From Gemmatimonadota bacterium (lineage in GTDB: Bacteria > Gemmatimonadota > Gemmatimonadetes > Longimicrobiales > Gaopeijiaceae): a stretch of DNA of 64,000 nucleotides. The stretch spans positions 384,001 to 448,000 of the forward strand of contig JAXHMG010000003.1 of NCBI GenBank assembly GCA_034521595.1, in the 5' to 3' direction. Both the position numbers and the translations under genes were made by a program. Positions 37,706-47,929 of this stretch are shown one piece after another. The notes below the pieces were generated by a model, which was given only the letters and a program-made list of their open reading frames with translations, was not told the DNA's origin and did not search any database. Within the stretch, counting starts at the first letter, position 1; every line of letters begins with the position of its first letter.

Positions 37706-39339
37706 TCCTCGTCCTCCGCCATGGACGGATAGCGGTAGTCGGTCGCGGGCACGAAGGTTTCCTTGATGCTGCGCGCCGAGACCCAACGGAGCAGGTTCAT
37801 CGACGAGCCGGCCTTGTCGTTGGTGCCGCTCGCGCGACCGCCGCCGAACGGCTGCTGCCCCACGACCGAACCGGTGGGCTTGTCATTGACGTAGAAGTTG
37901 CCCGCCGCGTGTCGAAGCATGTCCATGGCCCGGCGGGCCTCGGCACGGTCACGGGAAAAGACCGCCCCGGTGAGCCCGTAGGGTGAGGTCTGGTCGACCA
38001 GCCGCAGAGTTTCCTCCCACTCCTCCTCCGGATAGGCGTATACGGTCACGACCGGCCCGAAGATCTCTTCCCGCATCGATTCATACTGGGGGTTGGTGGT
38101 CTCGATGATCGTGGGCCGCACGAACCACCCCTTGGCGTCGTCGTACGTGCCACCGGCGATCACCTCGGCGTCGGAAGCCGCCGCGGCCCGATCGATATAA
38201 CCGGTCACCTTCTCGAACGAGGCCTCGTGGATGACCGCGCCCATGAAGTTCCGGAAGTCCGTCGGATCTCCCATGGCGATCGCTTCCGTCTCGCGCAGAA
38301 GGGGCTCGCGGATCTCCGACCACATCCCCTCGGGGAGGTAGACGCGCGAGACGGCGCTGCACTTCTGGCCCTGGTATTCGAAGGCGCCTCGGAGGATCGC
38401 CGTCTTCACGGCTTCAGGGTCCGCGGAAGCGTGGGCGACGATGAAGTCTTTCCCGCCCGTCTCACCCACGATGCGCGGATAGTTGTGGTAGCCGTCGAGC
38501 CCGTCGCCGATCTTCTTCCAGAGTTGTTTGAATACGCTCGTGGAGCCGGTGTAGTGGAGGCCCGCGAAGTCCTCGTGGTCGATCAGGGCCTCGGTCACGG
38601 TCGGGGGGTCTCCGGGAACGAAGTTGATGACACCCGGGGGCAGACCCGCTTCCTCGAAGATCTTCATGACCAGGTAGTTGCTGTACATGGCCGCCGTCGA
38701 AGGCTTCCACAACACCACGTTCCCCATCAGCGCGGGCGCGGCGGGCAGGTTCCCGGCGATCGCGGTGAAGTTGAACGGCGTGACCGCATAGATGAAGCCT
38801 TCGAGGGGCCGATACTCGAGCCGATTCCACATGCCCGAAGGGGACCGAGGCTGCTGGCTGGCGATCTCCTCGGCGAAGTGCACGTTGAAGCGTATGAAGT
38901 CGATGAGCTCGCAGGCGGCGTCGATCTCGGCCTGGTGCACCGTCTTGCTCTGACCGAGCATGGTGGCGGCGTTCACACGCTGTCGCCACGGACCGGCAAG
39001 GAGGTCGGCGGCGCGGAGGAAGACCGCCGCACGGTCCTCCCACGACATCCTCGACCACTCCTGCCATGCGCTCTTCGACGCCTCGATGGCCCTGCCGACC
39101 TCGGTCGGGCCCGCCTGGTGCCAGTGTGCCAGCGTGCGTTGGTGGTCGTGCGGGGCGACGGCCCGCTCGGTATCGCCGGTGCGGACCTCTTCGCCACCGA
39201 TGATCAGTGGGATGTCGAGCGGGTCCAAGCCGTCGTGGCGGGCGAGCTCGGCTTGGAGCTCTCGGCGCTCGGGGGTCCCTGGCGCGTAGGAGCGCACTGG
39301 CTCGTTCACGGGGACGGGAACGGTGATCCTTCCATTCAT
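37702..39339 (-). CDS. pruA: Delta-1-pyrroline-5-carboxylate dehydrogenase
   Basis: PVNEPV, QAEIDAACELIDF, GETGGKDF, FEYQGQKCSA, GGRASGTNDKAG. Confidence 0.95.
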   Translation of the reverse strand: MNGRITVPVPVNEPVRSYAPGTPERRELQAELARHDGLDPLDIPLIIGGEEVRTGDTERAVAPHDHQRTLAHWHQAGPTEVGRAIEASKSAWQEWSRMSWEDRAAVFLRAADLLAGPWRQRVNAATMLGQSKTVHQAEIDAACELIDFIRFNVHFAEEIASQQPRSPSGMWNRLEYRPLEGFIYAVTPFNFTAIAGNLPAAPALMGNVVLWKPSTAAMYSNYLVMKIFEEAGLPPGVINFVPGDPPTVTEALIDHEDFAGLHYTGSTSVFKQLWKKIGDGLDGYHNYPRIVGETGGKDFIVAHASADPEAVKTAILRGAFEYQGQKCSAVSRVYLPEGMWSEIREPLLRETEAIAMGDPTDFRNFMGAVIHEASFEKVTGYIDRAAAASDAEVIAGGTYDDAKGWFVRPTIIETTNPQYESMREEIFGPVVTVYAYPEEEWEETLRLVDQTSPYGLTGAVFSRDRAEARRAMDMLRHAAGNFYVNDKPTGSVVGQQPFGGGRASGTNDKAGSSMNLLRWVSARSIKETFVPATDYRYPSMAEDEE

Positions 39340-39735
39340 GGATGTTGCCTCTGTCGGTCTTCTGGCGATGTCGCCGTGAGGGCGATCGGCCCTTGTCGGG
39401 TGGCGGGAAGAAGCGGATTCCACCGTACCCAAGATGAGGTCCCGGTGTCAATCGAGGTTGCGGATCCGGCCGTCGCGGCTCATTGTGTTTGGTTGGTTGG
39501 GGAGGGAGCCCCGAGATGCACGAGCGTTTCGGAGGATAGCGCTCACGTCATACGTGGCGTTTGCATGTTTAGGCTCTCGCTCCCCGTCCGCGCGCGGAGG
39601 GGTGTTGATAATAATGCGCGTTTCGACCAGATCCTCCGACGCCACACACGTCGTGTGGCCGCGTACATTCGGGCCGACTCGCGTCCGAAGTCGAACGTCA
39701 CACTCCGAATCCCTTCTCTATACCGGAGACGAGGT

Positions 39736-42708
39736 ATGAAGCTTCCCATGTCCAAGGTACGACCGATCCTTTACGGATCTTTCGCGCTCCTGGCCGTCCT
39801 TTTGGTGCCGTCGCTCGCGGCGGCGCAGACGGGGACGGTTCAGGGCCAGATCGTCGATGCCAGCACCGGCCAGCCCATCCCCTCGGCTCAGGTGACCGTG
39901 GAAGGGACCGGTGTCGGGGGTCTGTCCAACCAGCAGGGCCGGTTTCTCCTACTCAACGCTCCGGTTGGTGAGCAGACCGTCAGCGCGGTTCTGATCGGGT
40001 ACACGTCCGAGCAGAGCACGGTCACGGTCACCGCCGGCGAGACCACGACCGTCGACTTCGAGTTGAGTCCCTCCGCTCTGGAGATGGACGAGTTGGTCGT
40101 GACCGGCACGGGTCAGGCTACCGAGCGACGGAGGCTCTCCGCCGAAGTGGCCGTGGTGGACGCGGACGATATCGCCTCGTCCGGTGCGGGTAACGTCACC
40201 GAGCTTCTCCAGGGACGGGTCGCCGGCGCTCAGATCAACGCGGTCTCCGCGGCGCCCGGTACCGCCGGGCTGATGAGCTTTCGCGGACCGTCCAGCGCGA
40301 TCGCCGACCAGACGCCGGTCATCTATATCGACGGCGTCCGCGTCGACAACGCCCGCGGTGTGAGCGGTAGCTTCGGGGGTGAACAAACCTCCGCGCTGGC
40401 GGACCTCGCGGTGACCGACATCGAACGGATCGAGGTGACCAAGGGTGGTGCCGCGAGCACGCTCTACGGGGCGGACGCGGCGAGCGGCGTGATCCAGATC
40501 TTCACGAAGCGCGGCCGTCCCGGGGAAGCGAGCTTCACCGCCAGGGTAGAGCAGGGGGTCGACATGCCGGAGACGAAGTTCGTCACCGACATGGACTTCG
40601 CCTGTCCCGAACGACTCGGGGATTGTGAGACCGCCCGGGCGCACCCGAGCTGGGATCCCGACTTCGTCAAGAACAGCATCCTGCAGAGCAGCCACTACCA
40701 GAGCTACTACCTCGGTGCCGTGGGTGGGACCGATCGGGTTGGCTACAACATCAGCGGCCGCGTCCGGGACGGAGACGGCACGCAGGTGAAGACGGGGTCG
40801 ACGATGTACAACCTCACATCGAGCCTCCAGGCGACCCTGACGGACGACCTGACCGCGGAGTTCAGCGGGACGTACCTGCGTCACAACTTCACGCGGGTCC
40901 CGAACGGGACGACGACCAATGGCGCGCTCACCAACGCCATGGTCGGTGACTTCCTCTTCTTCGCCAGGCAGGAGAACCTCGCCGATGCGCTGGCCGTCTA
41001 TCACGCCCAGGACATCACCGAATCGGTCGATCGTTCCACCTTCAGCACGACGCTCAGCTACGATCCGTCGACGCTCCTGGATCTTCGGGCCACCGTCGGC
41101 ATCGACAAGCGCGTGAGCGAGCAGCGGCACAACGAGCAGCTCGAGATGGTGGCCACGGACCGCCAGGGACGGATCCAGACGAACGCCCGTGACTTCACCG
41201 GTCTGACGATGGATTTTCGGGGCACGCTCACCTACGACGCGCCCATGTTCACCAACACCTCGACCTCGTTCGGCTTCCAGGCGTTTCGGGAGCAGGCGAA
41301 GACCACGAGCGTGACCGGTGACGAGCTCGCTCTTCCGGGTGTGACGGAGTTCGACGCGGCCGCGCTCATCACGGCCAACGAAGGCTTCAACGAGGTCTAC
41401 AACGGCGGGCTCTTCCTGCTCCAGCAGGCCGGCATCGCCGACCAGCTCTTCCTCGAAGCCGGTGTGCGCTTCGACGGTAACACCGCATTCGGCTCCAACG
41501 TGTCGTACCAGGCGTACCCCAAGGTGGGCGCGTCCTTCGACCTCGCGACGGCGGGCCTGATGTCCGACCAGTTCCAGACCCTTCGTCTGCGGGCGAACTA
41601 CGGCGTGACCGGGAAGTTCCCGCCGCCGTTCCGCCGCGACCGGACGTTCAGCGCCGAGCCGTTCGCGGGGGAGAGCGCTCCCCGATTCGACAATCCGGGT
41701 AACGCGAACCTCGAGCCGGAGCGCGTGACCACGGTCGAGGCCGGGTTGGACGCGTCGTTCTGGGATAATCGCGTGGGCCTGGGCGTCACGGCGTATCAGG
41801 CCGTCACGACCGAAGCGATCTTCAACGTCAACGAGCAGCCGTCCACGGGTCAGGGCTCGCAGCTCCGGAACATCGGAGAGATCGAGAACCGGGGCCTCGA
41901 GGTGAGCGCCAACGTCGACATTATCCGAAATGCGAGCGCCACGTGGGCGATGAACGTCAACTGGAGCACGCTGCGCAACGAAGTGAAGGACCTGGGGGGG
42001 CTGCCCCCGTTCGAGTTGGGCACGCTGGGCGGACGCCGCGAGTTCGGGCGGATCGAGGAAGGACTCCCGATCGGCGTGCGGTACATGTCGCAGCCGGTGG
42101 ATACCAACGGTGACGGCTTGCCGGACAGTGCGGAGCGCGGGATCGTGCGCCATCCGGAGACGGGTGAGCACATGACGCCCTTCCCCACCAGCAATGGAAG
42201 CGTGGGGTCGAGCCTGTCCCTGCCGCAGATGGGCGTGAGCATCCGGGCCCAGGCGCAGTGGTCCCGCGGATCGACGGTCCAGGACTACGCGGCCGCGTGG
42301 TCGACGTTCAATTCGCTTCCGCGGATCGAGTTCCCGACGCGGTACGACTTGGACGGAAACGAAGTCGGTCAGTACTCCTACTCGCAGGCGTTCAACTATC
42401 TCCTCGTGAACGGCGACTTCTTCAAGCTGCGGGAGATCACCCTGAGCTACCAGCTTCCCGAGGTCTTTGCGACCAGCCTCGGTGGCACCAGCGCGCAGCT
42501 CAACTTCGGCGCCCGCAACCTGTGGACGTGGGTCCCGACGCCCCAGAGCATCTTCGCTCCGGAGGCGTCGCGTGAATACCTGCTCGATCCGGAGTTGGCC
42601 GGGTACTCGGAGCCGAACGGCGAGAGCAGCCTTCAGCTCGGTGGCTCCCAGAGCGTGGTGTTGCCTCCGCCGCATCAGTTCCGATTCGGATTCCAGATCA
42701 CGTTCTGA
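39736..42708 (+). CDS. SusC/RagA-like TonB-dependent receptor
   Basis: LVVTG, YIDGVRVDN, DIERIEVTKGGAASTLYG, FFKLREITL, C-terminal F. Confidence 0.93.
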   Translation: MKLPMSKVRPILYGSFALLAVLLVPSLAAAQTGTVQGQIVDASTGQPIPSAQVTVEGTGVGGLSNQQGRFLLLNAPVGEQTVSAVLIGYTSEQSTVTVTAGETTTVDFELSPSALEMDELVVTGTGQATERRRLSAEVAVVDADDIASSGAGNVTELLQGRVAGAQINAVSAAPGTAGLMSFRGPSSAIADQTPVIYIDGVRVDNARGVSGSFGGEQTSALADLAVTDIERIEVTKGGAASTLYGADAASGVIQIFTKRGRPGEASFTARVEQGVDMPETKFVTDMDFACPERLGDCETARAHPSWDPDFVKNSILQSSHYQSYYLGAVGGTDRVGYNISGRVRDGDGTQVKTGSTMYNLTSSLQATLTDDLTAEFSGTYLRHNFTRVPNGTTTNGALTNAMVGDFLFFARQENLADALAVYHAQDITESVDRSTFSTTLSYDPSTLLDLRATVGIDKRVSEQRHNEQLEMVATDRQGRIQTNARDFTGLTMDFRGTLTYDAPMFTNTSTSFGFQAFREQAKTTSVTGDELALPGVTEFDAAALITANEGFNEVYNGGLFLLQQAGIADQLFLEAGVRFDGNTAFGSNVSYQAYPKVGASFDLATAGLMSDQFQTLRLRANYGVTGKFPPPFRRDRTFSAEPFAGESAPRFDNPGNANLEPERVTTVEAGLDASFWDNRVGLGVTAYQAVTTEAIFNVNEQPSTGQGSQLRNIGEIENRGLEVSANVDIIRNASATWAMNVNWSTLRNEVKDLGGLPPFELGTLGGRREFGRIEEGLPIGVRYMSQPVDTNGDGLPDSAERGIVRHPETGEHMTPFPTSNGSVGSSLSLPQMGVSIRAQAQWSRGSTVQDYAAAWSTFNSLPRIEFPTRYDLDGNEVGQYSYSQAFNYLLVNGDFFKLREITLSYQLPEVFATSLGGTSAQLNFGARNLWTWVPTPQSIFAPEASREYLLDPELAGYSEPNGESSLQLGGSQSVVLPPPHQFRFGFQITF

Positions 42709-42740
42709 GCGGCACCCCAGACCAGAAACGAGGAAGATTC

Positions 42741-44192
42741 ATGCGTTCATATCGCTTCAAGAGACTGGGACGGACCGCGCTCGCCGCGGCCGCCACGGTT
42801 CTGCTCGTGTCCGGGTGCGACTTCCTGGACCCGACCAACGTGACGAACCCGAACACCACCACCGAGGACCTGGCCGCCGCGGCCGAGCCCACCACGGCGC
42901 TCTTGCCGGGGTTGCGGGCGCAGACGGCGCGCGCGGTGCGGGCCGTCGTCCAGACGAGCGCCCTGTTGAGCGACGATTTCGAGATCGCGTTCACCAATGT
43001 GGGTCCCGAGCTGTCCGACCCCTACCAGCTCTCTCCGGACGGTGCTTCGTACAACACGACGGGGGGCATCGGCGCCTACTGGAACACGCAGGAGCTACGG
43101 GCGTTGGCCGACTTCGTGATCGATTCGATCGCGCCCGAAGACGAGGGGGCTACCGACGAGCAGCTCGCCGAGGCCCGCTACTACCGTGGGATGGCATACC
43201 TTCTCCAGGGAGAGAACTTCATCGCCGTTCCGACGGGACCCGACCAGGAGCCGACGGCGTGGGATGGCCTTCTGACGCGCGCGGCGAGCGACTTTTCGGC
43301 GGCTCGGGGTCTGACGGCGGAGGCCGAGCGTGAGGTGGCCCTCCTGGCCGCGCTGGCTCGCACGCATCGTGCGCTCGGAAACGTCGGTGATGCGCGCGGC
43401 TTCGCTGAGGACGCGCTCGCGGCGGACCCCGAGTTCGTGACGCTGCAGAACTACAGCGCCGGCGAGCTCGAGAACCCGTTCTCGACGGAAACAAGAACGT
43501 TTCAGCCGCTTCCCCGGTTGGATTTCCTGGATCCGAAGTACACGAGCAGAGGGGAGTCCATCCCGGTCGCCAAGGCCGAAGAGATGCACCTCATCCTGGC
43601 CGAGGCCGACATGGCCGACGGGAGCTACGGCGATGCAGCCGAGCGCATCGCCGACGCCGTGCGGCTTGCGGGGGACCGTCCCACGGAGGAATTCAACGAC
43701 CCGGACGAGCGCCTCAATCCCAACCTGACTGACCGTCCGAGCAGCTCGGACATGCTGGTGGCGGCCGAAGACGGTGCACCGTTGCGGGCCGGGTTGGTGC
43801 TCGACCGTCCGGGGACGGTGACCATGCCGATCATCAGCGGGACCTCGCTGGACGCGGACAGCGTCGAAGCGCTCACGGATCCGCAGGAGATCCGGCACGC
43901 GTTCTGGCTTGCCCGGCAGGAAATCCTCTTCCTCGAGGGCCGCCGCGTGCACGACTTGGGCGTGCGGATGCCCGTCAGCCAGAGGGAGATCAATACCAAC
44001 GGAACGGTCTCGGACGGCGATGACGTGGCAGTCGTGGACGTGCCGGACTACATCCCCCCGGATATCATGGACGACTTCTCGCCACGAGATCCGTACGAGG
44101 CGGGGTCGAACGAGATCACCATCGCGATCGACATGAACCGGGTGTTGGCCGAGGAGCTGGTATCGCCACTCGGTCCGTTGCCGAGCGGTTGA
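42741..44192 (+). CDS. SusD/RagB-like lipoprotein
   Basis: SGC lipobox; EEMHLILAEA, RQEILFLEGRR. Confidence 0.85.
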   Translation: MRSYRFKRLGRTALAAAATVLLVSGCDFLDPTNVTNPNTTTEDLAAAAEPTTALLPGLRAQTARAVRAVVQTSALLSDDFEIAFTNVGPELSDPYQLSPDGASYNTTGGIGAYWNTQELRALADFVIDSIAPEDEGATDEQLAEARYYRGMAYLLQGENFIAVPTGPDQEPTAWDGLLTRAASDFSAARGLTAEAEREVALLAALARTHRALGNVGDARGFAEDALAADPEFVTLQNYSAGELENPFSTETRTFQPLPRLDFLDPKYTSRGESIPVAKAEEMHLILAEADMADGSYGDAAERIADAVRLAGDRPTEEFNDPDERLNPNLTDRPSSSDMLVAAEDGAPLRAGLVLDRPGTVTMPIISGTSLDADSVEALTDPQEIRHAFWLARQEILFLEGRRVHDLGVRMPVSQREINTNGTVSDGDDVAVVDVPDYIPPDIMDDFSPRDPYEAGSNEITIAIDMNRVLAEELVSPLGPLPSG

Positions 44193-44220
44193 TGAGAGCC
44201 GTGATCCGGTAGGGGACATG

Positions 44221-44258
44221 GAGGGCGCTCGGCCGCGCGGGTTCGGTCGAGCGCCCTT
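44221..44258 (+). terminator. Hairpin after the susD-like gene
   Basis: GAGGGCGCTCGGCCG...CGGTCGAGCGCCCTT. Confidence 0.55.
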
Positions 44259-44301
44259 CGTCCGTACCCCCTTGACTTTGATTGACTGATCGGAGCATAA
44301 C

Positions 44302-45210
44302 ATGCGCAGGATCGTACTCGGTGTCCCCGGAGCTTTGTTGGCCGTGTCCGTGCTGGCGGGCTCCGTAGAGGCGCAACAACCGCCGAGCTCGGAGCAGCTC
44401 GACGAGCGAGAGCGGCGGTATCAGGAAGAGATGGCCATGCCGAGGCCCATCGAAGCCGTGAGCTCCGTATGGATCGACGAGCTGACGTGGCTCGAGGTGC
44501 GAGACCGCATTCGGGAAGGATATACGACGGCGATCGTCCCAACGGGAGGCATCGAGCAAAACGGCCCGTACCTCACGACGGGAAAGCACAACGTCATTCT
44601 CGAGGCACTCTGCCCGGCGATCGCCGAGAAGCTGGGGAACGCGCTGTGCGCACCCGTCGTGCCGTTCGTGCCGGAAGGAGACATCGATCCACCGACGGGC
44701 GCGATGCGGTACCCGGGAACGATCACGGTCAGGGACGCCACGTACGAGGCGCTCCTCGAAGACATCGGGGCCAGCCTCGGGGCGCACGGGTTCACCGACG
44801 TCGTGTATATCGGCGACAGCGGGGGGAACCAGACCGGAATGGCCAACGTCGCGGAGCGGTTGACCGAGCGGTGGAAAGGCTCGGGCCGGCGTGCGCACTT
44901 CGTTCGTGAGTTCTACTCACCCGGGTGGGAGGAGACCGAACGCTATACGGAGGAAGTCCTGGGGATCGCCGAAGGCGAGCACGACGGGTATCACGACGAC
45001 ATCTGGGTCACGGCATTCATGGCCGTCGTGGATCCCGAAACCATTCGTTGGGATCAACGCGTCGACGCCGGGCTAGCGTCTATCAACGGCGTGAGCCTCG
45101 TGCCTCTTCAACGCACGATCGACCTCGGCGAGCGGATCGTGGAGTTTCGTGCCGAGTACACCGTAAAAGCCATCCGAGAGGCTATTCAGCAGGGGGTTGA
45201 GGGACGCTGA
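44302..45210 (+). CDS. Exported creatininase-family amidohydrolase
   Basis: PTGGIEQNGPYL, GDSGGNQ; signal peptide. Confidence 0.85.
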   Translation: MRRIVLGVPGALLAVSVLAGSVEAQQPPSSEQLDERERRYQEEMAMPRPIEAVSSVWIDELTWLEVRDRIREGYTTAIVPTGGIEQNGPYLTTGKHNVILEALCPAIAEKLGNALCAPVVPFVPEGDIDPPTGAMRYPGTITVRDATYEALLEDIGASLGAHGFTDVVYIGDSGGNQTGMANVAERLTERWKGSGRRAHFVREFYSPGWEETERYTEEVLGIAEGEHDGYHDDIWVTAFMAVVDPETIRWDQRVDAGLASINGVSLVPLQRTIDLGERIVEFRAEYTVKAIREAIQQGVEGR

Positions 45211-45232
45211 GCGTGGCGGAACCTCAACAGAT

Positions 45233-45253
45233 GAGCCCGCTTGCGGGTCTTTA
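45233..45253 (+). terminator. Short intrinsic-terminator-like hairpin
   Basis: GCCCG-CTTG-CGGGT followed by CTTT. Confidence 0.35.
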
Positions 45254-45432
45254 AGGGTGACGACGTTCGCGTGGCTGGCTCCTCGAGATCCGCCTTTCGC
45301 CCGCGTCGTGAAACCCGCTAACGTACGAGCGGTGGCGCCTAGGTCGGCCTCACCGGTGTTATAGAACGAAACGAGTCGAATCCAGTCAGTGAACGGTCCC
45401 GGTGACGAGCCAGGGGCCTCAGGGAGCACTTC

Positions 45433-47901
45433 ATGAAATCGATCCTCGCGACCGCCGTAGCCGGGAGCGCGCTCTTCTTCGCGATCCAAGGCTCCGACCT
45501 TTCCGTCGAGGACGGGTCGAACCAGCCGGAAGTGGCGGCCGAGCGGACTGAGGGCGCGGCAGAGAGAGAAGATGCGCACCTCGCGTCCGCGGCCGAGGTG
45601 GAGGAGCTCGACGAGGTCGTCGATCAGTACTGCGTTCGTTGCCACAGCGAGCGGCGCCTGACGGGGAACCTTTCCCTCGAGGAGTTCGCCGTGGGGTCCG
45701 CCGTCGAGCAGGCCGAAGTGGCGGAGCGGGTGATTCGGAAGCTGCGCGCGGACATGATGCCACCACCCGGAGCGAACCGTCCCGCGGGAGATACGCTCGT
45801 CACGCTGGTCGAGACGCTCGAGCAGACGATCGACGAAGCCGCGGCGCGCGAGCCGCGCCCCGGAAAACGGCCGTTCCAGCGGCTGAACCGGGCGGAGTAT
45901 GAGCAGGCGGTCGAGAACCTGTTCGGAATCGAGATCGATGCCGGGCAGTGGCTGCCGTCGGACCAGATCAGCGAGAGCTTCGACAACATCGCGGACGTCC
46001 AGACGTTCTCCCCGACGCTCATGGATTCCTACCTGAACGCGGCGAGTGAAGTCGCCCGACAGGTGATCGGGAATCCCAACGCGACCCCGGTGGAGACGAC
46101 GTACCAGAACGAGCCGTACCGCTCCCAGCACGAATGGGATCGCGTGGAGGGAGCACCTTACGGGACGCGTGGCGGGATCAGCGCGATGCACTCCTTCCCC
46201 GCGGACGGGAAGTACGTGATCACGCTCGGCTTCATCTCCGGCTGGGGTGAGCGCTTCGATGACATCGACATCTCCGTGGACGGAGAGCGCGTCGCGCTCC
46301 TCCGGTATCAGGGGGCCAGCACGCGGCTGATCGATTTCCAGGGTCGGCTCGCGTATCCCGTGCAGACGGATTCGATCGAGTTGGAGGCGGGGCAGCACCG
46401 GCTCACGGCTGCGTTCATCCGGAAGATGGACGGTCCGTACGAAGACCTGATTCGTCCGAACGACTGGTCGCTGACAGGCACCGAGGCGAGCTACGGCACG
46501 ACCTCGTTGCCGCACATCATGCAAATGACGGTGGAAGGCCCGTTTGATCCGACCGGCGTGTCGGAAACGGATGCGAGGCAGCGCGTCTTCACGTGCCGGC
46601 CGACTTCTCCAGAGGATGGGCGTCCGTGCGCCGAGCGCATCGTGACGCGCCTGGCGACCGAGGCGTATCGGCGTCCGCTCGAAGAGCGAGACATCGAAGG
46701 TCTGATGACCTTCTACGACGAAGGTGCCGAAGAGGGCGGATTCGAGCATGGCGTGCGCTCCGCCATCGAAGCGATTCTGGCGAGCCCCCACTTCCTGTTC
46801 CGCTTCGAGCGTACGCCCACGGACGTCGGGTCGGGCGAAGTATTCGCGATCGACGATCTCGATCTCGCGTCGCGGCTCTCATATTTCCTGTGGGGCACCG
46901 GACCGGATGAGCGCTTGCGGGAGATCGCGAGGCGGGGTGAGTTGAACGACCCCGAAACGCTCGAGCGGGAAGCGCTCCGCATGTTGGAGGACCCACGCGC
47001 GAAGGCATTGGCGACGCGGTTCGCATCGCTCTGGCTCCGACTCCAGGACCTGGACAAGGTCCGCCCGGACGCGTTCTGGTTCCCGAACTATAGTGAGCAA
47101 GTTCGGGATGACATGCGCCGTGAGACCGAGTTGTTCTTCGAGAATCTGGTTCGGGAGGATCGTAGCCTCATCGAGTTGCTCGATGCCGACTATACGTTCC
47201 TCAACGAGCGCCTGGCCCAACATTACGGCATTTCGGGGGTCGTCGGTGACGACTTCCGCCGGGTGGAGTACCCGAACGAACGGCGTCAGGGCGTGCTCGG
47301 ACACGGTAGCGTTTTGGTGCAGACGTCCTACGGAAACCGGACCTCTCCGGTGCTGAGGGGTAAATGGGTGATGGAGGTCCTCTTGGGGACACCGCCGCCG
47401 CCGCCACCGCCAAACGTGCCGCCATTGGACGAATCGACGGGTGAAGATGCGCCGGAGGGACAGGTCACGACGGCTGAGCGGCTGAGGATACACAGGGCCA
47501 ACCCGACGTGTAACTCCTGCCATCAGTTGATCGATCCGATCGGAATGGCGCTCGACAACTTCGACGTGACCGGTCAGTGGCGCATCCGAGAGGACGGGAT
47601 TCCGCTGGACACCGAGGGAGAGTTCTACGACGGAACTGAGATCTCGTCGCCCAAGACGTTGGTCGAGGTTCTGAAGAAGCGCCCGATCCCGTTCGTGCGG
47701 CACTTCACCCAGAATCTCATGACCTATGCGCTGGGTCGGCGGATCGACTATCGAGATCAGCCGACCGTGCGCCAGATCGCCGGGGAAGCGGCGGAGAACG
47801 ATTACCGGATGTCCTCGTTCATTCTCGGTGTGGTCAAGAGTGACCAGTTCCGCCTGAAGCGAGCGACATCCACGCAAGCGGATGAAGCGGACAACGACTG
47901 A
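45433..47901 (+). CDS. DUF1587/1592/1588/1585 (PSD/PSCyt) cytochrome c-like protein
   Basis: CVRCH and CNSCH heme motifs; RLNRAEY, LASRLSYFLW, RTSPVLRGKWV, YALGR. Confidence 0.9.
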   Translation: MKSILATAVAGSALFFAIQGSDLSVEDGSNQPEVAAERTEGAAEREDAHLASAAEVEELDEVVDQYCVRCHSERRLTGNLSLEEFAVGSAVEQAEVAERVIRKLRADMMPPPGANRPAGDTLVTLVETLEQTIDEAAAREPRPGKRPFQRLNRAEYEQAVENLFGIEIDAGQWLPSDQISESFDNIADVQTFSPTLMDSYLNAASEVARQVIGNPNATPVETTYQNEPYRSQHEWDRVEGAPYGTRGGISAMHSFPADGKYVITLGFISGWGERFDDIDISVDGERVALLRYQGASTRLIDFQGRLAYPVQTDSIELEAGQHRLTAAFIRKMDGPYEDLIRPNDWSLTGTEASYGTTSLPHIMQMTVEGPFDPTGVSETDARQRVFTCRPTSPEDGRPCAERIVTRLATEAYRRPLEERDIEGLMTFYDEGAEEGGFEHGVRSAIEAILASPHFLFRFERTPTDVGSGEVFAIDDLDLASRLSYFLWGTGPDERLREIARRGELNDPETLEREALRMLEDPRAKALATRFASLWLRLQDLDKVRPDAFWFPNYSEQVRDDMRRETELFFENLVREDRSLIELLDADYTFLNERLAQHYGISGVVGDDFRRVEYPNERRQGVLGHGSVLVQTSYGNRTSPVLRGKWVMEVLLGTPPPPPPPNVPPLDESTGEDAPEGQVTTAERLRIHRANPTCNSCHQLIDPIGMALDNFDVTGQWRIREDGIPLDTEGEFYDGTEISSPKTLVEVLKKRPIPFVRHFTQNLMTYALGRRIDYRDQPTVRQIAGEAAENDYRMSSFILGVVKSDQFRLKRATSTQADEADND

Positions 47902-47929
47902 GGCCCCCAAGGCCAGGAGACATACGAAG

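Noticed and set aside
38227-39735. 1493-aa ORF as a giant fusion protein
   Set aside because: The first ~500 codons are the antisense shadow of pruA plus intergenic DNA; the real SusC starts at about 39736 after GAGG.
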